From the NCBI RefSeq assembly GCF_009914755.1, contig NC_060934.1: a stretch of DNA of 64,000 nucleotides; one strand, given 5' to 3'. Positions 29,400 through 43,074 of this stretch are shown here, in pieces (position 1 is the first letter of the stretch; the number at the start of each line of letters is the position of its first letter). Position numbers and translations under genes: made by a program. The notes under the pieces were generated by a model. It searched no databases and was not told the origin of the DNA. It worked only from the letters and a program-made list of their open reading frames with translations. The DNA comes from the human T2T-CHM13v2.0 reference genome, Homo sapiens.

Positions 29400-29838
29400 A
29401 GAAGGAGACATAATCCACCCTCACCAAGTGATTCAGTGTAGCATCCTAACTAATAATGACTTAATGTGTGTCCAAATGGCATGTAATGAGAAGTATGAAA
29501 CATTGTCTGTATACTTTCTTGCCTAAGATACTTAACTGAGTCTAATCATAAAGTTCAGACATATCTTCACTGTGGAACATTTCTACAAGACAACGGCCTG
29601 GACTCTTCAAAAATGCCACTGTCATGAAAGACAGTAAGGAGAATGGAAGGAGACTTTCAGATTAAGGGAGACTAAAGAGACTTAAGCAAATGTAGTATTA
29701 GATCCTTGACTATATATTAGATAATACTACATCACTGCCACATTTTGTGCTTATATAGGAAAATCTCCTTGGTCAGTATGTATCATAATAGGGTCATAAT
29801 GTCTGCAACTTATTTTCCAGTGGTTTGAGGGGAAAAAA

Positions 29839-29876
<38 letters not shown>

Positions 29877-29985
29877 GAATATGTTCTAATTGATACATAT
29901 ACGTAAATAGCATAGGAGTGTTCATTTGTACTACTCTCAATTTTTTCTATAGGCTTGGTTTCAAGATGAAATTTGAAAAACCTTA
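29400..29985 (+). mobile_element. Old L1 (L1MC/ME) 3' UTR fragment
   Basis: CATTTCTACAAGACAACGGCCTGGACTCTTCAAAAATG, CAGATTAAGGGAGACTAAAGAGAC. Confidence 0.7.
29842..29873. repeat. (GT)16 perfect microsatellite
   Basis: Seen directly. Confidence 0.97.
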
Positions 29986-30289
29986 AGGGAAAATATGTTT
30001 AAAGTATGATAATAACAAATTAGCACACTAGATAAACTTTTTATAGCTTTTGTGAGTTTTTTTCCTTCAGAAAATCATATTTATGTAGATAGCAGGATTT
30101 TTCTCCTCTTAAAGAAAACTTTTCTAAATTTCAGATGTCAGAAATGGAGACATCTAAATTGTTTTTCCATTTCATCTCTAAATGCTAATGAAAACTGGAC
30201 TTTTACGACATTAAAGACATTTAATTGATCTCTGTGGGATTTCATGTTTAGCTTTTTTCAACAGCTATATATTGAACATTTAGGTGATG

Positions 30290-30535
30290 AGATTGAGTAG
30301 CTAATCTTAGAGGCGCTCTATTGAGATTGTCCAGATTCCAACCCTGATCCCACAACTTACCACCTTTGTGATCTTGGACAAGTAATTTGAGATATCTGTG
30401 CCTCATTCTCCTCAAATATTCAACAGGATAATAATAATACATACCAGTTTCTTAGGATTGTAGTAATGCTTAAATGAATTAATATATTTGGAGCACTTAG
30501 GAAAGAGCCAAGTACATAGTAATTTTCTAAAAACT
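30290..30535 (+). mobile_element. MIR
   Basis: TGTGATCTTGGACAAGTAATT...CTGTGCCTCATTCTCCTCA...GGATAATAATA. Confidence 0.8.
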
Positions 30536-32742
30536 ATACCTACTTATTATGTGGATCTTTGCTGAGGAAATATGAGTAAGCATACAAGACTGGACAGGCT
30601 TTGAGTAGTGAAGATGTTTTACTCACAAGCAAGGTAATTATGCCTTTTATATTAAAAGAAAGTTCATATGGAACACTCTGCTTATATGCTTCATCTTCTT
30701 TTCAATCAGATAATAAGTTCTCCAATGTAGAAGGGAAATGTCAGCCTCACACATAAAAATATACCTGTCAGAGATTATATAAGTGTCAAAATAATACTAT
30801 CTAGAGAAATTCAGGACATTTGGATAAATAAAGGAATGTCATGTAGTTTGGATAGAACATAGAGAAGTGAGGAAAGGAGACATTCCCAGATAGAATAACA
30901 GCTCAATGACTTGAACAAGGATACAGATGCATGTAGTATACACAGTGGACTAGACCATTTATGTGTGTATGTACATATGTGAAAAAAAGTCTTTGAAATG
31001 TTTGCATTTCAATTAAATTCTGATTTTAAGAACTTATTTTCCCCCTGTATCCTGTGTGTGCTAGCATTCTGTTTCCTAAGGCATTCTTTCAGACAGACAT
31101 ACCTAGTCCTGAAAATGCTGCTATTATTGTTCCAGATACAAAGCAGGATGTCATAATTTTTTTTTTTTACTATTCCAACTGGAATAATATGGCTCAACTT
31201 AAGTTCTGTACAAAACTACTTAATGATAACTCACAAAATTAAACCAATTTATATTTTCTGCAGTTAAAATAGAATGCACAGATTTTTAAAGACCTAGGAC
31301 ACATTATTATATCTAGTTCCTGAAATCATTAAATGTCCATGGGGAAGAAAAAAACTTGTGTAAGTAGGAATAATATAATTGGATTTGCAATGCTCTCTTA
31401 AGAGATTCTTTAAAATCATGTGAAATAAGTAGAGTTTCTATGATTTTTTAAAAATCACAAATAGCATATATCCGTTTTATCTTTAATAGTGTTTGAGCCC
31501 ATCATTTTGAAAGCATTGGAGCATGTAACCAATATTTCTGAAAATGAACCATGGTTCCAGTCATAATCTATATGCTTTAAAATTCCTTCCCTTTATTCTT
31601 TCTTCCCAAATCCATGACATCTGAATTTCAATAAGGAAGAAAATAAGCATGTTTTTAAAATGTTTTAGAAAAGATTTTCAAAATTAGATTAAAATGTTTG
31701 AGGAAATAAAAACTTCTTTATGTATTCATTGTGATACTGATTTTTATCAATGTCTTTTTGTAAAAATACCTATATACTAACTTTGAATAGGTCCAACATA
31801 TGGTAATGTGTTATGCAATTAATGATAATGTAGAACGATGTTAAACCCACAGAATATTGCCAAGGATTTACCAACAACCAAAAATGTAATTATATAGAAG
31901 AAAAGTGTAGTTACAAATGCAGTCTTTTGTCTTTTTACATTCTCTATATGTAGAGGGTAACAGAAATACTGTATCACTTTTTAGTATATGTTCTCCCAGA
32001 ATAAGTTGCCACAATTAGAACAGAGTTTAGGAGCCTATATTAAGCTTTACTAGTTATGGTTATTTCCATAGTGCTAGTAAATAAGAGAAAAAAACTTTTT
32101 GAACCCATGTCTCATTGTAGGTCTCCTAAAGGAAAGTGGCCCAAAGTCCAAATACTTCAATACCGTTCGTCTCTGCCTGATAACAAAGTGTTTTGTTTTT
32201 GTTTTTACCCTCGGACAAGCCAGTCAGCTGATCTTTGTCCTAATTTGTTCCTGGTAGAATTGAACAAGATGTTTGCAGAAGCTTCCTCTAGTTTGAAAAT
32301 TGTATTGATTTTTTTTCCCCATAGTAACTCACAGATGGCTTCTCAGGTTGGAAATAATGGTGTCCATGTTTAGGTACCACGTGTTAGATCAGATTTGTAC
32401 TCATGGATCTGTGATTATTTTAACTTTTTCTTGTTATTTATAAAAATAATTATGTACTTCTCTCTGGGGTTTAATGTGTCTTTTTATTCTCAAAAAATGT
32501 AGTACATTGATCAGCCACCTAAAATACTAGCCGTATAGAATTCTAATAGTTAGGTTTTATATACAGCCATTTGTCGATTAAATATTAAATACCGGATCAG
32601 CTTAAAATGGACACACAAAAAAACACTACCACATAAGCTATACAGTGCCTTTTTTCACAGTGTCTTATAGGTGGAAGATACTCAGTGAGTGTTTGTTGAG
32701 TGAATAAAGGATCTTCACTTGGTGCATCCCATTTCCTTACAA

Positions 32743-32886
32743 TTTATTATTTTTTATTTTACTTTACTTTGAGTCAGGATCTCACTAGGTTGCCCAAGCT
32801 GGACTTGAACTTTTAGATCCAAGCAATCCTCCTGCGTCAGCCTCTCAAGCAGCTGGGACTACAGGGATATGTCACTATGTTCGGCT
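32743..32886 (-). mobile_element. FLAM_A-like monomer
   Basis: Monomer with GCTGGGACTACAGG. Confidence 0.8.
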
Positions 32887-33424
32887 TTAATTTTTATTTT
32901 ATTATGAAAGTTTTCAAGTAGCAAAAGCGATGTAATGAACCCCATCTACCCATTACTGAGATTCAATAATTACTAAGATTTTGCCACACTTGCTTTATCT
33001 AGTCTTTAAAGAAATTTCTCCACTGAATGATTTACTTTAAAATACTTGACCTCCTGGCCTTTTACTCTGTATTTTAAAGAAAGCTGTAGTAATTTGTGAC
33101 ATAAACCAATAGAGAGCAGCTAAATTTTGTTATATCTTCATAGCAATTGACTATATTTTGGTTTGTCTTACCAATAATTTGATGAATGACCTTTCATTTT
33201 CAATTTATCTTTGGTAACTAAGTAGATAAGTGGGAGTGTAGGTTTACTTATTTAAATTCTTTGAATTTGTGTGTGTGTGTTGCTTTCCCCCCCGATAGAA
33301 ACTATAAATGGTAGTGTTATTGTGGTTAGGAGTATGGGGCTATGGAGTTGGGGAAAACATGTATGAATCTCAGTTCTACTACTTTACCTTTTGAATGTGG
33401 GCAAGACAAGTCTCAGAGTTGTTT

Positions 33425-34555
33425 TAGTTTTTTTAATTTTAACTTTGAAATAATTGTAGAAAAATAGCAAAACTAGTTTAATGAATTCCCATATGTTAAT
33501 ATTTACCACAGCTATTGTATGTATGTATGTAGAGTTTTTTTCCTGAGTCGTTTGAGAGTAAGTTGCAAAAATAATGCCTCTTTAACCTCTAAATACTTGA
33601 GGTGTGGTTAGTAAAAATTCACGTTTTGTTACATAACCACAGTATATTTATCCAAAACAGGAAATTAACATGGATAAAGTATTACTGTCTTATCTAGAGA
33701 TCTTATTCAAATTTTTTCAGTTATACCACTAATACCCTTCATGGCAAAAGAAAAATTATTTTATTCTTAGGTTGAATCCAAGATCACATGTTACATTTAG
33801 TTGTCATCTCTAGAAACTGCTGGTAGTCCTAGCTATTTGGGAGGCTGAGGAGGGAGGATCACTTGAGCCCAAGAGTTCGAGTCTGACCTGGGCAACATAA
33901 TAAGACTCTGTCTCTTAAAAAAAAGAAAGAAAAGAAAAGAGACAGAAGAAGAAAACAGAATAAGCTCATGGACTGTTATAAAGGCAATAAATGTGACATA
34001 AAGGATGCTAACCAAAACAGATAAATAGTAAAAGGTTAAATAACAGAGGACTTAGCTATTTGCAAGTACTGACAAATTTTCATGATTGGGCAATGAATGA
34101 TGTGACGTTAACACATCTGACTTTATCTTTCATGACTTTGATATTTTTGAAAAGTATAGGCTGCTTATTTTGTAGAATGTACCTTAAGTTTTTTTTATGT
34201 TTCCTTATGATTAGATTTAGGTTATGCCTTTTCATAAAATACTATGGATATGACCTATCCTTCATGTACCATATTAGGAGGTACATGATACCTGTTTTAT
34301 CCTATTGCTGATGATGTTACCCTTTGATCATAACATTATATTTTCAAATTTCTCTACCATAAAGTTACCATTTTCCTTTTGTAATGGATCTCTTGTGGGA
34401 AGATACTCTGAGAGTACCTAACTATCCTATTTCTCATTACATGTTCACATGCTAGTTTTGACATCCATTCTTCCTAGAGACAGTTATTACTATGGAGATT
34501 GCCAAATAATGATTTGTTTTTCATTCCATCATTTTTTCTGCATTTGTTAGTTGGC
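33425..34555 (-). mobile_element. L1MC-type 3' fragment
   Basis: TTTGAAATAATT, TTTGAGAGTAAGTTGCA, CAGGAAATTAACAT motifs. Confidence 0.75.
33821..33940 (+). mobile_element. 5'-truncated FLAM/FAM monomer
   Basis: GGGAGGCTGAGGAGGGAGGATCACTTGAGCCC; A-rich tail. Confidence 0.8.
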
Positions 34556-34647
34556 TTTCAGCTTCAATTTTTATATCTGTAAAATGAACCTAATTGATGT
34601 AAAATTGGTTAATAACACCCAAATCATGTAGGGTATAAGATAATGCA

Positions 34648-35124
34648 TTTTATTTTATTTTATTTTACTTTACTGAGACAGAGTCTCAGTCTGTCACCCA
34701 GGCTGGAGTGCAGTGAGTGACATGATTATGGCTCATTGCAGCCTTGAACTCCTGGGATCAAGTGATCCTCCCACCTCAGGCCTCCCTAGTAGTTGAGACC
34801 ACAGGTGTGCACCAACACACCCAGCATGTATGTGTGTGTGTGTGTATATACATATATATGTATATCCACACATACATACATACACACATCTTTACATATA
34901 TAGACCTCATCTATCTATATATATATATCTCATCTATATAGAAGAGATATATATAGAGAGATATATAGATATAGAGAGAGATATAGATATATAGATATAG
35001 ATATAGATATAGATAGACATAGATATATATCTCATCTGTATATATATAGATGAGGTCTCCATATGTTGCCCAGGTTGGTCTCGAAATCCTGGGCTCAAGT
35101 GATCCACCCACCTCAGCCTCCCAA
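34648..35124 (-). mobile_element. 5'-truncated AluJ with about 220-bp compound TA/GA/CA microsatellite in its linker
   Basis: Right arm 34675-34825, repeat 34827-35050, left arm 35047-35124; TSD ATAAT(G/A)CATT. Confidence 0.9.
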
Positions 35125-36097
35125 ATAATACATTGATTTGGGACAATTCTTAGCACATAACTCTTTAAAATATTAGATATTATAATTTTTATTATGCTAG
35201 TATCTACTTTTCAGTTGAAGAAATAGATCATTTTAAAGATCTTTGAAAGGTCATAGGAAATGTTAAAAATATCAGGTATTTTATGTGTACCTACCATGAA
35301 TGTTTTACCTCATCTTTGGTAAGGTCAGAAGTGAGATGATGTAACAGCCATCATATGTATGTGTATTTTTTTTATTGACCTGAGACAGTTTTTGGTTATT
35401 TAATGCAGAAAATATATTTGCAGTGTACTTCATATGATATGCAGTACTTTAAATACTTGTTGTAATGTGGTCATTTAATAGGAGAGAAACTTAGAGACAT
35501 GGTAAATTAAGTTTTGATTTAGTATACTGAATGATGAAATAGAATTATTTATGGTCATTTTAATTCTTTAAAAGTTTTTAAATTAGTATTTTAAAATAAT
35601 ATATGTACACAGTTTACTGATTTTGTCCTTAAGGGTATACTGTGGAAAAGAGCAATACCCTGCCCTGTACTTTGACAGCCCTTTTAGCTATTTCTTCTTT
35701 TACCTACCTCCATATTTTTAATCACCTCACCTATCCAGGTTAGATATTATGTACTTACCAACTTCCTACTATGATAAGATAAATATTTGTCTCTCTTATA
35801 TACATACATTCTGTCCTCTCCTCCTCTCCAGTTCTCCAGTAGAGTTTTTGATAAATCAGTTTTCAGCATAAATAATATTATACAGATGTATGTATTATTT
35901 ATTTCTGAGACAAATTATATTCTATGGTGTTTTACAACTTTTAGTTTCTCCTAGAGTTTAGAATTCCCTTATCTTTTTGTTTCCTTAGGTTTCTTTATAC
36001 CTGTGGTGACTTCCATACACATATCTTCCAATAGCTTCTCACATTTATTTTGTGCATAGTTAAAAATGTGAGTTTTAATTTGTAAAGGTAATTATAA

Positions 36098-36343
<246 letters not shown>

Positions 36344-37739
36344 TGAGAAAAAATACAAGGGAGATAAATATTTTGAGAACCAAAGTGTCTCAAAGTATCT
36401 CTGTTTACTCACTCTGGATTAATATATGGGCTCCATGTGGAATTCTAGTGAGAAAATTTATTTTCTTTAGACTCTTGAAACCATTGCTCTATTATATTCT
36501 AAACTTACATATTGTTTTTGAGAGGTCTGGTTCTTTTTTTTCCTAAGCCTTTATATATGATCTGCCTTTTCTCTAGAAGCATTTATGATCTGTCTCTGGT
36601 TTTCTAAAGTTTCATGATAAATAATAATGATGTAGATCTCTTCATTAATTCATTATATTAATACATTATTCCCTATAAATTTAGACAATAAGTCAGTTCT
36701 GTGAATTTTTAAATGAAATTTTACTTCCTGGGTTGATCCTCTATTTTTCATTTTTTCTTTCTTTTTGATTTTTTTTTCCTTTTTTTTCTCTTTCATTGAA
36801 GTTGAGCTTTTTGCATACTCTTCTCAAGTGTCTGGTAATGCTGGTAGTGCATTTATATTTAAGAGTGATGCACTAGACAATGTACAAAATGAGACCTTTC
36901 AACTTCCTTAGGGTATTTGAGTAAAAGACAGCTTTTTCATAGGGGAAGTAATTTACATGCACCTTCTCCAGGGCTATTTAATTTCTCCAAGGAAAAATGG
37001 ATTCTCTAATTTTCTTTTTGGGTGAACTTAAGCCTAAGTACTGGTCAGGAAAAGGGTCAGAAGGGCTATTTGGTATGTAAGTGTTCACATAACCAGCCCA
37101 GCCTGTTCTTAGTTCAGCACTTCACCCATTTCCCTATCTTCCTTTGTGCTTGGAGTTCCTGAGTCTGAAGCCTTTCCAGTTCTTTCCTAGCCTACCTTCC
37201 CTCCATTATTCTGCAGAGGTAGGAAAAGGACACTTGTCAGGCTATATGAGGTGGGAATGGGGTCTGAAAGTTCTGCTGTTAATTATCTCCCTATTTTCAG
37301 CTCTACTAGTTACCTGGTACCACCATTTTCTGAATTTTCCAAGGTTTGGAGGGTGAATCAGCTTGATTTTTGTTGGAATCTCCTCTTAGTAGGCTTTTAT
37401 ACTTTAGCTTTCTTCCCCCTGCTAATCTAATTACCTTTTCTCCATATACTGTCTGACCTCAGAAATTGTAATCCAGGATTATCAGTATCTTCTAGTTTTT
37501 TTACTAATATGGTTAGTTGTAATTTTTCATTATTGTCTTGAGATGATTTTTGATAGGAGAATGTGCAGAAATGTTTATATTTTGGCATCAGAAATATCAC
37601 CTTTGGAGGGGGCGAGGGGGTCTTACCTAGGCTGGAGTGCAGTAATGCAGTCACAGCTCACTTCAGCCTCTACCTCCTGGGCTCAAGCAATCCTCCTGCC
37701 TCAGCCTTTCAAGTAACTTGGACTACAGGCATGTGCCAC

Positions 37740-38095
37740 TGCTATGGTTTTGCTCTGTGTCCCCACCCAAATCTCACCTTGAATTGTAATAATCTCCACA
37801 TGTCAAGGGTGGGACCAGGTGGAGGTAATTGAATCATGGGGGTGGTTTCCTCCATGCTGTTCTCATGATAATTAATGAATCTCACAAGATCAGATGGTTT
37901 AATAAGCATCTGGCATTTCCGCTGCTTGCATTCATTCTCTCTCCTGCCACCTTGTGAAGAGGTACCTTCCGCCATGATTGTAAGTTTCCTGAGGCTTCCA
38001 GCCATGCTGAACCATGAGTTGATTAAACTTCTTTTCTTTATAAATTACCCAGTCTCAGGTATTCCTTCACAGCAGTGTGAGAATGGACGAATACA
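37740..38095 (+). mobile_element. THE1D/MSTA-type solo LTR
   Basis: TGCTATGG...GAATACA, 356 bp, perfect TSD GCCAC; ATTAAA at 38022-38027. Confidence 0.93.
37826..37836 (+). promoter_or_regulatory. DUX4 consensus motif (TAAYBBAATCA) in a MaLR LTR
   Basis: TAATTGAATCA seen directly. DUX4 binding to MaLR LTRs is established; occupancy here is unknown. Confidence 0.55.
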
Positions 38096-38456
38096 GCCAC
38101 CATGCCACACTATGTTTTTAATTTTTTTGTAGACACAGAATCTTGCTGTGTTGCCCAGGCTGGTCTCAAACTCCTTGGCTCAAGTGATCCTCTTGCTTCC
38201 ACCTCCCATAGTGCTAGGATTATAGGCGTGAACCACCATGCCTAGCCAGAAATACTATCTTAAAATCAACTCTGCATAATTCACTGACCCATCATTAAAA
38301 TTTGTCAGTACTTAAAAATAGCTAAGTCCTCTATTATTTTATTTAACCTTTTACTGTGTAGTTTATTTGTTTTGGTTGGTATCATTTAAGCCTCATTTAT
38401 TGCCTTTACAGCAGTCCAAACAGAACCTATTCTGTTTTCTTTCTCCTCCTCTCTCA

Positions 38457-38596
38457 TTTTTTTTCTCTTTTTTAAGAGACAGAGTCTTACAGTGTTGCCC
38501 AGGTTGGACTCAAATGCTTGGGCTAAAGTGATCCTCCCTGCTCAGCCTCCCAAGTAGCAGAGACTACAGGGACTACGGGCGCCACCTTGCCTAGCT
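38457..38596 (-). mobile_element. FLAM_A-like monomer
   Basis: Monomer; small GACTAC duplication. Confidence 0.8.
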
Positions 38597-39164
38597 CCCC
38601 CTCTCTCTTATCTTCTTTACCCTAGTTAAATTATTTCTGCTTTGTCCCAAAAAATAATATTTGTACATTACTCTCCACATGGCTTTATGGTGGAGTAAGG
38701 GTGATGCTTGAGTGTAAGAAGTTTTACACTGGGATGTGGTACTTTTCCTTTTTTCACTTATAGTTGTTTTGAAGTTTGGGCATTCTTTTTGTCTTCAAAT
38801 TGTGCTGAAGGCATGGTGTTTTTGTAGATTTATTTTTCTGTCCTTGTTCTATATTCTTTTGGAGAGAAACAGGGCTTAGGTGGCAACCATTGCTTCAGCT
38901 GTCTGGAATTCCTCAATTTATTTTAACTTTATATACCATCTTTTCTCCCACCTCTCTCTTCATTATAAGCAGACTCATTCATTCACAGTATGTTTAGTGA
39001 GTGCTATGTGCCAGGCATGGTTCTAGGGATATGGTAATGAACAAATGTCTTTGCCCTCATAAATATTATATTCTGGTGGTAGAGACAAAGAATAAAACAA
39101 AAAAGTGAATATATACTATAATGTTAGGTAGTGATTAATGCTATGTTTTAAAAAAATAAACAAG

Positions 39165-39667
<503 letters not shown>

Positions 39668-40006
39668 AAGGAAGACCTCTTTGAAAAAGTGTTACATTAG
39701 CAAATTTTGTTTTGTTATAGAATAGTAAGTACATCTTTTTATATTAGCATTTACCTTATGTAAATCATTAAGATTTTACCACTGATCAGGTTTCCATGAT
39801 AAATTGTTTAATTTTAAAACTTCTGTAGTAGAATGGGCATGTGGTGTTATGGAATTCATACCAAATAAGAAGAATTTTACAGAAAGTAAAACCATAAGCT
39901 GTCTACTATTCAACTCTTCTCATTCTGCTTTAGAGAACTGCTATTGATAAAAGATTATTTGAGAAACATATAATCTATCCTTTTCTCTAATAACTCTACA
40001 CTTTAT

Positions 40007-40441
40007 TTTTTATTTTTATTATACTTTAAGTTTTAGGGTACATGTGCACAACGTGCAGGTTAGTTACATATGTATACATGTGCCATATTGGTGTGCTGCA
40101 CCCATTAACTTGTCATTTAACATTAGGTTTATCTCCTAATGCTATCCCTCTCCCCTTCCCCCAGCCCACAACAGGCCTTGTGTGTGTTGTTCCCCTTCCT
40201 GTGTCCATGTGTTCTCATTGTTCAATTCCCACCTATGAGTGAGAACATGTACACTATTCACAATAGCAAAGACTTGGAACCAACCCAAATGTCCAACAAT
40301 GATAGACTGGATTAAGAAAATGTGGCACATATACACCATGGAATACTATGCAGCCATAAAAAATGATGTGTTCATGTCCTTTGTAGGGACATGGATGAAG
40401 CTGGAAACCATCATTCTCAGTAAACTATCACAAGGACAAAA
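40007..40441 (-). mobile_element. 5'-truncated, 5'-inverted L1PA (about PA3-PA5)
   Basis: 3' UTR on minus at 40007-40249; ORF2 end on plus at 40251-40441 (LFTIAKTWNQPKCPTMIDWIKKMWHIYTMEYYAAIK); TSD AACTCTACA(C/T)TTTAT. Confidence 0.95.
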
Positions 40442-40518
40442 AACTCTACATTTTATGCTTGGACTATCAGAAAAACTGTTTACTTGAAAACAGTTTACAG
40501 AAAAACTCTTTACCCTGA

Positions 40519-40701
<183 letters not shown>

Positions 40702-40885
40702 TGAGTTGTTTTTTATATTGAAGCCTTAATCTTTCATTGAGGAATACCACAATAAACAGACTGAGCTTGCTGTTGAGAAGTTGTTGAGGACAACATAGTC
40801 TTCTGTATTAATGTTTAACATATTAAAGACCCTATGAAAAGTTTATTTTAGAATCACGTGTTTCTTATAAGAAAGTGACATTTTT

Positions 40886-41195
<310 letters not shown>

Positions 41196-41419
41196 TCAAG
41201 CATGAAAAGTAGATAACTAGGCATGTCTTACTTTTTGCTTTCACTGTCAAGAAATTGGAAACAAATTCAGAGCTAATTCAAGACGCCTCTGCCATGTATT
41301 TCTTTTTCTCCCCAATCTTATACTGTTCTGTTTTCTCTGATCATTTTTTTTAGGTTGTCTCACTAATTATGGAACAATGGCAGGGATGTGTATGAAAGAG
41401 TGAGCAGGTAGATAAGTCA

Positions 41420-41530
41420 ATAGATGAATGCTGTTGCCTCCTCAAATCATTAGTTGTATGAGCTTGGGTGAGTTAAACAACCTTTCTGCACTGTTAATTT
41501 CATCTGCAAAATGAGAGGATTAATAGATCA
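41420..41530 (+). mobile_element. MIR core fragment
   Basis: TTGGGTGAGTTA...CATCTGCAAAATGAGG. Confidence 0.6.
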
Positions 41531-41890
41531 AATATTTGTAGCTGCAGAACTCTGTTTTCATGGGAAATAATTTGGAAGCCCGAAATAGAAGCCAAGTAGT
41601 AGCAGAACTGTTGTGTCAGGCCAGTGCCATAGTGGCCGGGAAACTAAGCCTCATTTTTTATCCAGATCATATTAGAACTGCCTCTTGGAACAAAGAAACA
41701 CTACCTCTAGTGTTTCTGCAATACAGTGTTCTGTATTACAGCCTTGACTACTCTACTTTTTCCCCCACTCCAGTCAAGTTTTACATTTTGTAGTAGGCCT
41801 CCTTTTTGCCATCTTCGTGAAGATTCTGAATTTTCCTGGATGGATAAAAATCATAAGGATAATAAATGGATATTTCAGTGTTTTTTTAGT

Positions 41891-42047
41891 CAGTGGTTTG
41901 CAAAACCACCTGGAGGGCTTGGGAAAACACAGGTTGCTGTGTCCTACCCACACAGGTTTCTGATTCAGTAAGTCTGGGGTATGACCAAGATATTGCATTT
42001 TGAGCAACTTTCCGAGTGATTCAGAAATTATACTTTGAGAACTACTA
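41891..42047. mobile_element. MER5A
   Basis: CAGTGGTT start, TTCTGATTCAGTAAGTCTGGGG, ACTTTGAGAACTACT end. Confidence 0.8.
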
Positions 42048-43074
42048 TCCTATGTGAGTATTAAAAATGTATTTTAGTCACTTTTCTTATTTTAAAAATT
42101 ACATCAAATCATATAACTTCATAAAGCTCAGAAAACAATGTCTGAGTAATATATGGTTTTTGAAAAATAACATTTAAGTGACATATTCCGATGTCATGGA
42201 GCAAGTGAGAAACTGGTTTGAAATGTTTGCTATCTAGTGTCAAGGGCTATCTATCCCTTTTTGACTTCTTGTGCTACTGGTGCAAATGGATAGATATTAA
42301 TCCTGCAGCAATCAGGATTTGCTTCAGCAATAAAGAAATTATTGATGTCTGAAAGCAATCCTTTCCTTTTGACATGTTGGCAGCACCTAAGAAGAAAATG
42401 TCAGGGTCAATATAAGTGCATTTACTGACAGTTTGGCTCTTTCCTATGTTACAGAAAATGATTTCACATTTAGCTTTTATCAAAAACAGAAACACTGACC
42501 ACTCTGAAGGATATAAACAATAGCTTTCAGCTTAGTCATTTTCCACTTATAAAGTGATACTTTCATAGAAATAAACAATGCAAACTTCAGAGAGCCAAAA
42601 CAATTACACAGAAAAAAATCATTGCATTTTTGCCATTTTTAACTCAGATTTAAAACAACTGTGTCTGGTAGTAACTGGAGAAAAATCACTGTTTTGTGTT
42701 CTGTTAAGTTAAAACAGTTAAAATCACTTTATGATAAAATATGGCCAAAAAGAAGAATCATCTTCAATTAGGTACTTCAAGATCACTTGTATTCTCTGCT
42801 TCTCTTTCAGAGCCTGATCCATGTATTTCTTAAACTTCTTCATCATATATAAAATTTCGTGTTTATAAAATTTCCACTAAAACCTCAATTATTAGTTTCA
42901 TGAATCAGAAGTTACAATTAGTTTCATTTCTGGCTCACCAAGATTTGTCAATTTCTGGATAAAAGGGACTCCCTATTCAGAATATCCCTTTAAATCTTTT
43001 TTAAAAGTGCACCTTTGATGTGTACATGTTTTTATGTTATTTATGGCTTCTGAAAATATTATGCAAAAAAATTG

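Larger units (their letters stand above)
33310..35185 (+). mobile_element. One MIR in three pieces (about 33310-33418, 34555-34647, 35135-35185), split by an L1 and an Alu
   Basis: Pieces are collinear with the MIR consensus: TGGGCAAG | ATCTGTAAAATG...GATAATGCAT | CTTAGCACATA. Confidence 0.6.
37605..38247 (-). mobile_element. AluJ split by a THE1-type LTR
   Basis: Right arm to 37739 resumes at 38096. Confidence 0.9.

Noticed and set aside
32056-32373. 105-aa ORF or exon candidate in unique DNA
   Set aside because: No recognisable domain and no convincing donor; ORFs of this length are expected by chance.
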